A stretch of 64,000 nucleotides of DNA from Octopus sinensis. Lineage: Eukaryota. Under the pieces are notes generated by a model. It was not told the DNA's origin. It saw only the letters and a list, made by a program, of their open reading frames with translations, and ran no database searches. Both the position numbers and the translations under genes were made by a program. Location: assembly GCF_006345805.1 (NCBI RefSeq), contig NC_043005.1, positions 85,064,001 through 85,128,000 on the forward strand, written 5' to 3'. Shown piece after piece: positions 13,077 through 24,380 of this stretch. Numbering within the stretch: the first letter of the stretch is position 1; every line of letters starts with the position of its first letter.

Positions 13077-13628
13077 TGACTAATATAGATAACCCCTCGA
13101 TTTCCAAAAAAGTTTTGTTATATTTCACCCCAATAGTCAAAAGATTTTCTTATAATTCCAAGAACTACTACCTATTCTAGCGTTGCCTCTCACCACGCCC
13201 GACTCTTCCTCCCTTTCTTTCTCTACTTCGCTTTCTCTACAGTAAACACAATTGAACACACAGACACAGACCTCTCATCTCACAGCTGTCAGTTTTCTGA
13301 CATCTACCCATCCACAAACACAATCACGCATTCACACACACACATACATACATTATGACAGTTATATACAGTCACACACACAGGCACTCATTCATAAAAG
13401 AAATCAATTAAACCCACCATTCTTTTGACCTGCACCCTCTCACCTTACTATTCTTATGCCTCCCTCCTCCTACTTCGTTTGAACCCTTGAACCTTTAGAT
13501 CCTTCTAGATTCTTCTACATTCAGCCATTCTGACGTCACTCCTTATAAACAGACTCTCATTATCGCTATGGGCTCCTTGAGAGCAGTCAGCTAAAAGTTT
13601 TTTGTGCATTTTGATGTCGACATAAGTT

Positions 13629-13723
13629 CCTTGCCTTTCCTGATGAGAAATCTGCATAATGTACTCCTTATTCCTTCGGAATTAGGAATATGCAGCCTTC
13701 GAAACATATGTCGAAAATAAAGG
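13629..13723 (+). ncRNA. Type I hammerhead ribozyme
   Basis: TTTC-CTGATGA-G..CTGCATA/TATGCAG..C-GAAAC-ATAT-GTC-GAAA. Palindromic stem III ACATATGT; stem I TTTC/GAAA extended by CCTT/AAGG. Confidence 0.8.
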
Positions 13724-14044
13724 AAATTCGTTAACAAGGCGTTCAACTCCATTCTTTCATAAACTTATATTTTTAAAATAAACATACAAATTTCTGCACG
13801 AAAGCACGTAGTCTATGCCCTAGGGACGTAAATTCAACCGTGTTCTTTCTGATGTGAATTTGCTACCCAGGTATCGGTTATCTTTCGAATTATCCTTAAT
13901 AAGATAATTCATTCAACTACTCAAATATATATATATATATATATATGATATATATAAAGAGAGAGAGAGAGAGGAAAATGATGAGAATGTGTTGAAAAGG
14001 TGCTAAATATTCTCTCTAGATAATACGTAAATAGATTTGAAGAT

Positions 14045-14270
14045 CCAAAGATAGTCTGAGTAGTGCCATTTACCTGAACTTGTTGCAACAATCTGTCATT
14101 CCAAGCCTTCAAAAGAACTTTAAAGATGTGGAGTCTATTTGTAGCAAGAAGGGACACCCTCACACCATGTTTTATATGTAAAAACCTGTCTTGATTAGAT
14201 TTTTGATGAAATTTTTATCAAGCAGGTAGATTTAGCAAAATGGTTCAGTAGAACACCCCTTTTATTATCG
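14045..14270 (+). mobile_element. Decayed Tc1/mariner (rosa-like) transposase fragment
   Basis: SAIYLNLLQQSVIPSLQKNF then, after a frameshift, YL*QEGTPSHH..VKTCLD, resembling FQQDGAPPH..VR..LD. Confidence 0.4.
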
Positions 14271-14458
14271 TGTCACTCCTCAGACCATCCCACAAACTGC
14301 AATGCCCTGTATAGCTTTTATACAAGGGACAACAGTTTCTCTTCACTCTGGAGATCTCTGGACAGGAGGGCCTTATTAGACACTTCAACTTTCTGTGATT
14401 TTTGTCTCCCACACTCATCCTCTCCATCCTCAAAGTCGTTCATGTTAGTGTATGGCAG

Positions 14459-14960
14459 CTATCATCATCATCATCATCATCGTTTAACGACTGCTTTCCA
14501 TGCTAGCATGGGTTGGACAATTTTGATTGAGGGCTGGTGAACCAGATGGCTGCACCAGGCTCCAATCTTGATTTGGCAGAGTTTCTACAGCTGGATGCCC
14601 TTCCTAACGCCAACCACTCCAAGAGTGTAGTGGGTGCTTTTTACGTGCCACCGGCACAGGGGCCAGTCAGGCAGTACTGACAATGACCTCGCTCAAATCC
14701 TTTTACATATGCCACCAGCACAGGTGCCAGTAAGGTGACATTGGTAACGATCACGCTTGAATGGTGCCCTTTTACGTGCCACCAGCATGGAAGCTAGTTG
14801 GCTGCGCTGGCAACGATCATGCTCGAATAGTGCTCTTGGCACCCTACTAGCACGGGCACAAATGCCAGTAAGGCAACGCTGGTAACAATCACGTTCAAAT
14901 GGTGCCCTTTAAGTGCCACTGGAACAGATGCCAGTTAGCTGGTCTGTCAATGATCAAGCT
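14459..14960 (-). mobile_element. RTE 3'-end copy with multiple internal ~50-bp repeats
   Basis: (CAT)n tail, conserved RTE 3' UTR, repeated GGTGC..TTTACGTGCCAC units. Confidence 0.85.
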
Positions 14961-15344
14961 CGTGTTACATAACACACATACGCATCTGTAAATCCTTATG
15001 GTACATATGTATTAATATCTATGAAACCTATGGTACACAGCTGTAGCAATGAATTCTATAGTACAAATACATATGTGTATTAGTTCTATTTGTGTGTGTC
15101 TAGATTTGGTTGAATGTGTTGTGTACAGTTTATGCATAAACTGCATATATTACTGCATACATTAGGTGCATTGTATGCTCAATCCTTCCACAAACGAAGA
15201 TCACATTTTCCCCTTCAGCATAAAAATTAAAATATTTATAATTAATTCTTAATTTATTGAAACTATCTCACTTTTACTTTCTGAGTCTCTGACAAATGCC
15301 GCTGGGTTTTTTCTTTTCTTCTGTTAATTAAGAGGAAAATTTCA

Positions 15345-15504
<160 letters not shown>

Positions 15505-15817
15505 TTCTTGCCTACGTCATTCATTTCATTCTTACACACTTGATTTATTAATTAGTTTGCTCGTTAACTGCTCTATTTCCATTATTTAAACCTGTCATTC
15601 TTCTTCCATCTCTTGTTTACAGTTTATTTCTCTAGACTGCCATACATTTCTCCACCTCCACATCCTTCTCTGCATATTTTTACAATCTTATGTTTTGTGG
15701 TTCAGTCCCACTGTTTGGCATCTTGGGTAAGTGTCTCCTTTCATAGTCTCATGCCGACCAATGCCTTATGAATAGATTTCATGGATGGACATTTTGTGGA
15801 AGCCCACCACTTGATAT

Positions 15818-16200
15818 ATCATCATCATCATCATCATCGTTTAATGTCTGCTTACCATGCTGGCATGGGTTGGATGGGTTGACTGAGGACTGGCAAGCCA
15901 GGAGTCTGCACTAGGCTCCAATTTGATCTGGAAAGGTTTCTACAACTGGATGCCCTTCCTAATGTCAGCCACTCTAAGAGTGTAGTGGGTGCTTTTTACA
16001 TGCCCGTGGCACTGGAGTCAGTCAGGCAGCACTGGCATCGACCACATTGGCATGGTGCTTTTTACATGCAACTGGCTTGGGGAGCTGGTCAGGTGGCACT
16101 AGCATTGACCCACTCTCAAATGATGCTTATTACGTGCCACCAGCATGAGTGCAAATAAGGCGGTACTGGCCACAACTACGATTTTGATTTCACTTCACTC
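15818..16200 (-). mobile_element. RTE 3'-end copy
   Basis: Same tail and internal repeats as 14459-14960. Confidence 0.8.
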
Positions 16201-17074
16201 AAAGTTTGACACAAGGCCAGCATAACTGGTACTTTATTTATCGACCCCGAAAGGATGAAAGGGAAAGTCGACCTCACTGGAATTTGAACTCAGAATGTAA
16301 AGACATGAAATGCTGTACAGTATTTTGGCTGGCATGCTAACAATTCTGCCAGCTTGCTTTATATATATTGAATACTACATTTATGCAGACTCACTTACAC
16401 GACTTGAAGTTTCTGTGTCAACTATATGATAGTCGCCACACTTCTTCCACTGTTATATCACCAGACTTGAAGATGTATAGTGATCATCATATTGTTGATA
16501 CAGAAACTTCAAGATCTCTATGTGAGTCTCTATAACAATCGTTCCATAAGTATAGTCCAACCAAGGATTCTTTAAAGATCCTAAATTCTCTTTTCTTTAT
16601 ATTCCTTACAGTTTTCAAACTTCATAGCCAACCCTCACAAATCTCAGTCATCTGCTAAATCAGTGCTTTTCAACCAGAGTCCTTACGACCGCTGGGGGTC
16701 CATATAAGACCTTGTTAACAATTATCTGCAATAGATTGGTTATACTTCTAAAATATACAATTTATTCTTTTACATGTTTCAGTCATTTGACTGCAGCCAT
16801 GCTGGAGCACTGCCTTTAGTTGAACAAATTGACTCCAGGACTTAGTAAGCCTAGTACTTATTCTATCGGTCACTTTTTGACGAACCACTAACTAACAGAG
16901 ATGTAAACACACCAACATTGGTTGTCAAGTGATGTTGGGGGGACAAATACAGACACACACAAACACACACATAATGGGCTTCTTTCAGTTTCCATCTACC
17001 AAATCCACTTACAAAGCTTTGGTTCACCTGAGGCTACAGCAGAAGACACTGAGTGGTTGGGAAGCAAGCTTCTT

Positions 17075-18537
17075 TATTCCAAGATTTTGCCATAAAGGCA
17101 TTACACAGAGAGAGACGCTTGTGGGCTGGAGAAAGGCATTAATGAGATGAGTGATGAAAAGGATGGAATTAATGAGAGAAAAAATTGTTCTTTTCTTCTT
17201 TTTTTTTGAAAAACAAAAATCACAAATAAGGTAATGAACCTCTTACAGTAACATTAGATTTCATAATAATAACAAAAACATTAAACTGAGGCACTAAACC
17301 TCTTATCAATCATCCCCGATTAAATCTCTTGCTGCCTTCAGGCAATCCCACATCAGCAAGTCGGAGAACCAGAAAAGATAGTTATACTCTTTTTAGAAAA
17401 GGAATCAATTATTTCTTTTATAAAAATTACTCTCATCCATGACGCCCGCTACCACTTGCAGAGGCCAGTATGGACTATCCATGTAGGTCAGGACCACCCA
17501 TTCCTGACCTTCAAAACTATCCACAAAGTTCTCTATAGCTATTCCCTTAAGATAGAAGACCACATATTCTTCCTTATTTTCACTGGGAGGTGACCACAGC
17601 CTCCTCTGCCGGTGGCATAATTCCCACTGATGACGTTTCGGGACATGCTGGTTGAGCATTGGAAACCGCTGGCACTGTCCCATTCTTCTTTTTTTTCTTT
17701 TTATCTTTGGCATGGGAGGGGTTGGCTCCTTCGCCTCAACCGGAGGAACATCGCCTCCTCCCACACTCCAGGATCCTTCGGTGAGCAACCATTGTTGCTC
17801 CCCTTCTCCCTTTTCTCACCTTTTTTCCAGAAGAGATCTCTCCCTCCTCGCCTACCTCTATCTCTCTTTCTGGAGGAGGAGGTGGGGGCTCTTCTACAAC
17901 CAACTGCTCCAGGACCCTACTCTGGTCCTGGGGACAGATTTTCTTTATTTGGTAAGACTCCAAGCACTGATGACACCGGGGTGGGGGGGTGACCCTCAAG
18001 AATCCCCGGGTACCTGCATCCAATCATTTTCAAAAAAATCTGGAAAAACCGGATTGGCTGATTGGGTCCACAGGGTCAAAACAGCCTTTGACCCAACCCA
18101 ATCAGCTGCAGGAAAAACTTTCGCATTAAGGAGCCTGGCTCCACTGCCACCCAGACCCCAGCAGATAGTCTCCTCTATCCATTCGGGTTTTATCCCAGGT
18201 GCAACCCACAGACCTCTTATCAACCTCTTCCCACAATACATGGGAAGAAACAAAATTTCTTTGCTCTCTAAGGGCTGGCTCACAAATTTGTGTGCTTCTT
18301 CAGGTGTGTCAAATAGCAACAACACCGTTGCATATATGACCCCACTGGAAATTGATTTAATATTTGGCAGATACTCTGCTAACTCCTTTTCTATCACAGT
18401 CTTTTCAAATAGGGCGATGCTGTCAAGCGACTTGGAGTAAGTCCTCAACACCACCATCCCCTCTTAAAGGTCTTTCAACCACCGTTTGGGTGGTATAATT
18501 TCCCACTCCAAAACATTGTCTTTTTTCATTGCCACAC
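17075..18537 (-). mobile_element. Gag/ORF1-only non-autonomous retroelement with 13-bp TSD
   Basis: AAGCAAGCTTCTT at 17062-17074 and 18538-18550. One disrupted minus-strand ORF (18529 to 17405); no RT or endonuclease similarity. Confidence 0.7.
17405..18529 (-). pseudogene. LINE ORF1/gag-like protein (~370 aa reconstructed) with degenerate zinc knuckle
   Basis: MKKDNVLEWEIIPPKRWLKDL*EGMVVLRT...; across frameshifts ...VxLEGHPPRCHQCLESYQIKKICP (Cx2Cx4[H>Q]x4C, 17931-17978), then a Pro/Glu/Lys-rich region and a C-terminal domain. Confidence 0.55.
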
Positions 18538-18768
18538 AAGCAAGCTTCTTAACACAGACACTCCTGCATCTACAATTCCTTACAGTGATTAATTATAAAA
18601 ATAAAATAGGATTTTCTAAGCATTAAATGGTTTCAGGGGTCCAGTAGAGTAAAACAAGGATCAAAGGTGACTGTAGGGCTAAATCCCTCCTTTATAAATC
18701 CAATATTTTCCTATCCTTCCCTAATACTGGTTTAGATAAGCCCAAAAATTCACTCCATAATTGCCCAT

Positions 18769-19069
18769 GGGCATATGGTGTAGAGGTTAAGATCGCAGGC
18801 TACTAACCCCAAAATTCTGAGTTTAATTCCAGGCAGTAACCTGAACAGTAATAATAATAATAATAATGATAATAATAACATCGAAAATACCTTAGGAATG
18901 AGAACTCAGTTTCAAAATTTCCCCAAGTCACCTGATGAAGGCTGGAGAGTATATCATCTGAAATGTGTTAACAACAAACAAGATGAGGACAAATATCCAT
19001 CAAATGAATATAAAGTTTTTATTAATGTAAATAATGTACATAATTCCTCATCTCTTAAATATAGAACTG
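18769..19069 (+). mobile_element. tRNA-like head + (AAT)n + PLE-type body with degenerate hammerhead
   Basis: A-box TGGTGTAGAGG and B-box-like GAGTTTAATTCC (18769-18843). CAC-CTGATGA-A-GGCTG..CATCT-GAAATGTGT at 18928-18969. Body paralogue at 62711-62880. Confidence 0.6.
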
Positions 19070-19607
19070 CAGTGTGCAACTTGTATACTACAACACCAAC
19101 CTCCACAATACCAGCACTTTCGCCTTCTCATTCTTCACATTCAACACTCTGCTGCATAAATTCTTTGTTTCTCTTCGTTTTTAATCCAAATTTATTTGAC
19201 TCAAGCGTCAAGACCTCTACATTCTTTTTCTTTGAAACAAATTTTCAAAATGTTGCTGAGAGCAATATGACTCACTGGCTCTTCTATAAATTCTTCAAAA
19301 ATAGTTTTCAAATTGTTCTCTATTTTTTAACCCTTGTAGCTGGAATTGCTAGTAAAATATTAGGTCATTCTACATCATATGTAATAGTTGTATGTATAGA
19401 TGTGTGGTTAAGATGTTTTCTTCCCAATTATGTGATTACAGGTTCGATCTCACCCTCTGAATGTTGTACAAGTGCTTTTCTCTACAGACTTGGGTTTATT
19501 GATTGTATTCGAAGTGGAACTTGGTAGGGTAGACAAATGTGTATGTATGTGTGTTAGGGTTATAAATGTATGTGGGTTTATCTGTATGTCTCTCTATTAG
19601 GTCTTAT

Positions 19608-20146
19608 TCATCATCATCATCATCATCGTTTAACGTCCGTTTTCTATGCTGGCATGGGTTGGACGGTTCAACTGGGGTCTAGGAAGCAAGGAGGCTGCAC
19701 CAGGCTCCAATCTGATCTGGCAGTGTTTCTACAGCTGGATGTCCTTCCTAATGTCAACTGCTCTGTGAGTGTAGTGGGTGCTTTTTACATGCCACTGGAA
19801 CAGGGTCCAGAGGGGGCTGGAATAAAAAAATGGTGCTTTTTATGTGCTACCAGCATGGGGCTCACAACTACAATTTCCATTTGATTTGATTTTGATATTG
19901 CCAACGTTGATGTACTTGACTCAATAGGTCTCCTCAAGCATGGCATGTCGCTCTACGATCCAAGGTATGTTTCAGTGGGCTGGTTATGTGACACTGGTGT
20001 AGGTTACAGCTGTGGACTCACTATTTATTTGCCGGGTCTTCTCAGTCACAGCATACCTCCGGATGTCTTGGTCTTTTATCATTGCCTCTGTGAGGCCCAA
20101 CGTTCGATGGTCATGCTTCACCACCTCATCCCATATCTTCCTGGGC
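19608..20146 (-). mobile_element. 5'-truncated RTE (ORF2 C-terminus plus 3' UTR)
   Basis: Minus strand encodes KIWDEVVKHDHRTLGLTEAMIKDQD, matching 50080-50190, then the UTR and (GAT)n. Confidence 0.85.
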
Positions 20147-21610
20147 CATCAGTGAAAAATGCAAAAATCTGCAAAACATTTCAATAAAGTGATGATTTGA
20201 ATCACATCTCTATCTTGGCATTTGTTCCACTCATTTGGCACAGACAATTTTCTTGTCATTCTCACCATCGTAAAGTCATTGAACCAGTGATTAATTCTTT
20301 GCAAAACTAACGAGCCACATTGAAGTCCATAAAATTGATAAAACTTAATATATAAAAACTGATATCAGACAATCATTTTTTTTCATTTTCCTCATTTAAG
20401 TCGTTAGAGTGAGTCCATGCTGGAGCAGTGCTTTGAAGAATATCTATTTGAATGAATTGATCCCATTGACTTTTTTTTAAAGCTTGCTTTTTATTCTATT
20501 GGTTTCTTTTGCTGAACCACTAAGTTACATGGATGTAAACACACCAACACCAGTTGCCAAGTGGTGGTGGGAGATATATAATCATCATCATCGTCGTTTA
20601 ACGTCTACCTTCCATGCTGGCATGGGTTGGACGGTTTGACAGGAGCCGGCCAGACAGAAGACTGCACCAGACTTCTGTGTCTGTCGTGGCAGGATATTTA
20701 CAGCTGGATGCCCTTCCTAGCACCAACCCCACTGCATCTTTCAGTTTTTGTCTACAAAATCCAGTCTGTCTGAGGCTGTAGTAAAAGACATTTGTCTAAG
20801 GTGCTATGCAGAGGGACTGAACCCAGAACCATGTGGTTAAGAAACAAGCGTCTCACCACACAGCCACACATGTCAATATATGAAAAGGAATGTGTAAAGA
20901 GAAGCAGATTTCTCACCCCACAGCCATGCCTGAGCCTCTGATTGGAATAAATATATGAAGATCAATATTTAAGCACAGGTGAAGCTATGCGATAAGGAAT
21001 TTGTTTCTCAAACAAATGGTTCAGGGTTCAGTCCCACTGTGTGACACTTTGGACAAGTGTTTTTATTATAGCATTGGGTTGACCAAAATCTTGTTACTGG
21101 ATTTGGGAGACAGAAACTGAAAGAAGCCCATTGTACATACATACATACATACATACATACATACACACACACACATATGTATATATATGTGTGTGTATTT
21201 ATGTATGTATATGTATGTATGTGTATATATATGTGTATATATATATATATACATGTGTGCATAAGTGTATGTTTGTGTGAGTGTGTGTGTGTATGTGTGT
21301 ATGTATGTATGTGCGAGTCTTTGTGTCTGTGTTTGTCCCCTTCCAACACTTGAAAACCAGTGTTGGTATGTTTATATGCCCCATCACTTAGCAGTTCAGC
21401 AAAAGAGATTACTAGAATAAATACCAGGCTTATAAAAGAAAAGAAAAAAAAAAGGAAATGATAATTGTTCAAGGCAGTGCTGCTCCAGCATGGCCACAGT
21501 CTAATGACCAAAACAAATAAATGATAAAAGATATAAAAATTGATGTTAGATAATTACTTTTCCTCCAATTAGAACATTAAACAAATTTATTTGTATTTTT
21601 AATTAATTAT

Positions 21611-22023
21611 AGGCGCAGGTGGTAAGTAGCTTGCTTACCAACCACATGGTTCCAGGTTCAGTCCCACTGCATGGCACTTTGGGCAAGTGTTTTCTACTAT
21701 AGCTTCAGCTGACCAAAGCCTTGTGAGTTGATTTGGTAGATGGAAACTGAAAGAAGCCCGTCTTATATATGTATTTGTATACATATATATATATATGTGT
21801 GTGTGTTTGTGTGCCTGTGTTTGTCCCCCCAACATCACTTGACAATCGATGCTGGTGTGCTTACACCCCCGTAACTTAGTGGTTCGGCAAAATAGAATGA
21901 TAGATAAGTACTAGGCATACAAAGAATAAGTCCTGGACTCGATCTGCTTGACTATAGGCAGTACTCCAGCATGGCTGCAGTCAAATGACTGAAACAAGTA
22001 AAAGAGTAAAAGAGTAAAAGAGT
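21611..22023 (+). mobile_element. tRNA-derived SINE, family B
   Basis: AGGCGCAGG head to (TAAAAGAG)n tail. Confidence 0.85.
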
Positions 22024-22293
22024 AATGTTTGTATGTTTTCGCATGTTATTTAGCTTCTGGTTGGCTCTGATTCTGCAGATCTATTTTCAAAGTTCTTCCA
22101 GTCAAGATTATCCCATATTTTTCAAATACAAAGACGTTAAGAGACCCAAGGAAGACATTGGATGAGGTACCAAAGCCAGATCTCAAAATACTTAGCTTTA
22201 CATCTGCTGTTGGCTGATGCATGAAGTACACTGTGAGGAACTTCATAATTTTTGTATCAATTTAGATCATTACCACATTGCCTTGATCGTTAG

Positions 22294-22604
22294 TGGAGGC
22301 ACATGGCCTAGTGGTTAGAGCAGCGGACTCGCGGTCGAGGGATCATGGGTTCGAATCTCAGACCGGACGATGTGTGTGTTTATGAGTGAAACACCTAAGC
22401 TCCACGCGGCTCCGGCAGAAAGTAATGGCGAAACTTCTGCTGACTCTTTCGCCACAACTTTCTCTCACTCTTTCTTCCTGCATCTTGCAGCTCACCTGCG
22501 ATGGACCGGCGTCCCGTCCAGGAAGGGAACCTATGCGCCAAGAAACTGGGAAACTGGCCCTTATGAGCCAGGCATGGCTCGAGAAGGAACAGAAGGAAGG
22601 AAGG
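22294..22604 (+). mobile_element. tRNA-derived SINE, family D, with V-domain-like core
   Basis: TGGCCTAGTGG A-box and GGTTCGAATCT B-box. CTGCGATGGACCGGCGTCCCGTCCAGG resembles the V-SINE core. CpG-rich. Second copy at 45106. Confidence 0.7.
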
Positions 22605-22619
22605 CCTTGATCATTACTG

Positions 22620-22930
22620 CATTGCCTTACTAGCACTTGTGCTGGTGGCACATGAAACATTTGAGCGAGGTCGTCGCTAGTGCCGCTGGACTGACTCCTG
22701 TGCAGGTGGCACGTAAAAAGCACTATTTGGGCACGGCTGTTGCCAGTACCAACAAACTGGCTCTCGTGATGATGGCATGTAAAAACACCCACTACACTCT
22801 CGGAGTGGTTGGCGTTAGGAAGGGCATCCAGATGTAGAAACTCTGCCAGATCAGATTGGAGTCTGGTTCACCAGACCTCAGACAAATCATCCAACCCATG
22901 CTAGTATGGAAAGCAGACGTTAAATGATGA
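22620..22930 (+). mobile_element. RTE 3'-end copy
   Basis: GGCACGTAAAAAGCAC repeats, GGTTGGCGTTAGGAAGGGCATCC, GGAAAGCAGACGTTAAATGATGAT. Confidence 0.85.
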
Positions 22931-23102
22931 TTTACCAATTTCACTGATTGGTCATTTTATGATGTTAAAAGCCATGAATCATAACAGGTATAGCTAAGGT
23001 ATTGATTGCCTCAATCCTGTTTTACACGTTAATTTGGCTCTTCAGGATAGCTTTAACTCTATAATAACATTATTATTTCTGAATTATTATTATTTGTGAA
23101 TT

Positions 23103-23450
23103 CTGGATGTCATCCCCTTCTCATGCACCGAAATATTTGTGATTTTTTTCCCAGATTCTAAGTCCTTGATGTTGGTACACTTGTCTGTCTGTAAGTTGTT
23201 CTTTGCAGGAGTTTTCTTTTGAAGAATGCAGTTTTAGCAGCATTTATCATGACTAAACTCCATTCCAATATTGTCACTGTTAAAAGTCATTCCAGTTATT
23301 GATAATCTTTTATGAAAAGCTTCAGATCATTCCTGTGCGACTGGTGATTGATTTGTCTTTCCTACACTCTGTACTCATGCTTTGTATCATTCAACAGCTT
23401 ACTTAGGGGAATGAGAACCATGCAAACGAGTAGTGATGGTAGAGAATCAT
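23103..23450 (-). mobile_element. Decayed R4/Dong-clade reverse transcriptase fragment
   Basis: LPSLLVCMVLIPLSKLLNDT..YRV..INHQSHRNDLKLF.. and DNIGMEF..DKC..KYFG, resembling R4 RT motifs (SPLLF..L.PLS.LL, YMDDLKL, DIGMEFG..KC, YKYLG). Confidence 0.55.
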
Positions 23451-24380
23451 CATCATCATTATCCTCCACTTCTGCTTCCTCCTCCTCTTCTTCTTCTTCT
23501 TCTTCTTCTTCCACCTCTTCTTCTTCCGCCTCTTTCTCCTCTTCTTTTGCTTCTTCTCTTCTGCTTCTTCTTCTTTTTCTTCTTCTTCTTCTTCTTCTTC
23601 CGCCTCTTTCTCTTCTTCTTCTTCTCCTTCTTCTTCTCCTCTTTTTCTTCTTCTTCTTCTTCTTCTTCTTCTTCTTCTTCTCCTCCTCCTCCTTCTCCTC
23701 CTCTTTTCCCTTCTCATCTTCCTCTTCTCTTCTTCTTCTTCTTCTTCTTCTTCTTCCTCCTCTTCTTCTTCTACCTCCTCCTCCTCCGCTTTTCCCTTCT
23801 CTTCTTTTTCCTCTTCTACCTCCTCCTCCTCCTCTTCTTCCCCTTCTTCCCCTTCTTCCTCCTCCTCCTTCTCTTTTCCCTTCTTCTCCTTCCTCCTTCC
23901 CTTCATCCTCATCCTCCTCTTTTCCCTTCTCCTCCCCTTCCCCTTTCTCCTCCTCCTCCTCCTCCTCCTATTTTCCCTTCTCCTCTTCTTCCCCTTCCTC
24001 CTCTTCTACCTCCTCCTCTTCTTCCTCCTCTTTTCCCTTCTCCTCTTCATCTTCCTCTTCATCTTCCTCTTCATCTTCCTCCTCCTCTTTTCCCTTCTCC
24101 TCTTCTTCCCCTTCCTCCCCCTCTTTTCTTTTCTCCTCTTCTTCCCCTTCCTCTTCCTTCTCCTCCTCCTCCTCCCCTTCCCCTTCCCCTTCCTCCTACC
24201 CCCTCCTCTTTTCCCTTCACCTCTTCTTCCCCTTCCTCCTCCTCCTCCTCTTCTTTTCCCTTCTCCTCTTCTCCCTCTTCTCCCTCCTCCCCCTCCTCCT
24301 CTTCTTCTTCCTCCTCCTCCTCGTCCTCCTCCTCCTCCACTCTCTCCCCCACATCATCATCATTGTCATCCTCATCATCC
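23441..24380. repeat. ~940-bp (CTT/CCT/TTC)n polypyrimidine-polypurine tract
   Basis: Almost exclusively C/T on the + strand. Confidence 0.95.

Larger units (their letters stand above)
12575..13925 (+). mobile_element. 5'-truncated Penelope-like retroelement (GIY-YIG endonuclease plus long 3' pLTR with hammerhead)
   Basis: Uninterrupted GIY-YIG ORF followed by a non-coding tail containing a complete hammerhead at 13629-13723. Confidence 0.75.
16761..18570 (-). mobile_element. Family B SINE split by a 1463-bp insertion (SINE halves at 16761-17074 and 18538-18570)
   Basis: The SINE sequence GTGGTTGGGAAGCAAGCTTCTT resumes as AACACAGACACTCCTGC after the insertion. Confidence 0.8.

Noticed and set aside
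14640-14960. Regularly spaced ~50-bp repeats resembling a CRISPR array
   Set aside because: Internal repeats of the RTE 3' UTR in eukaryotic DNA; the spacers are related to each other and there are no cas genes.
17620-17975. CTGATGA motifs at ~17627 and ~17967 (also ~27303)
   Set aside because: No downstream GAAA/UH with pairable stems; chance matches.
17652-18440. 262-aa plus-strand ORF
   Set aside because: Antisense shadow of the minus-strand gag-like ORF.
19070-19370. Minus-strand RRRKCWYCG..C, a possible old ORF1 zinc knuckle
   Set aside because: Multiple stops and no His; too degraded to call.
18898-19527. 209-aa ORF
   Set aside because: Runs through an HHR repeat, the antisense of a decayed sequence and a SINE fragment; no coherent protein.
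20150-20380. Possible mariner C-terminal remnant (EWNKC..D); similar at 16430-16560
   Set aside because: Only a few residues match; below a supportable level.
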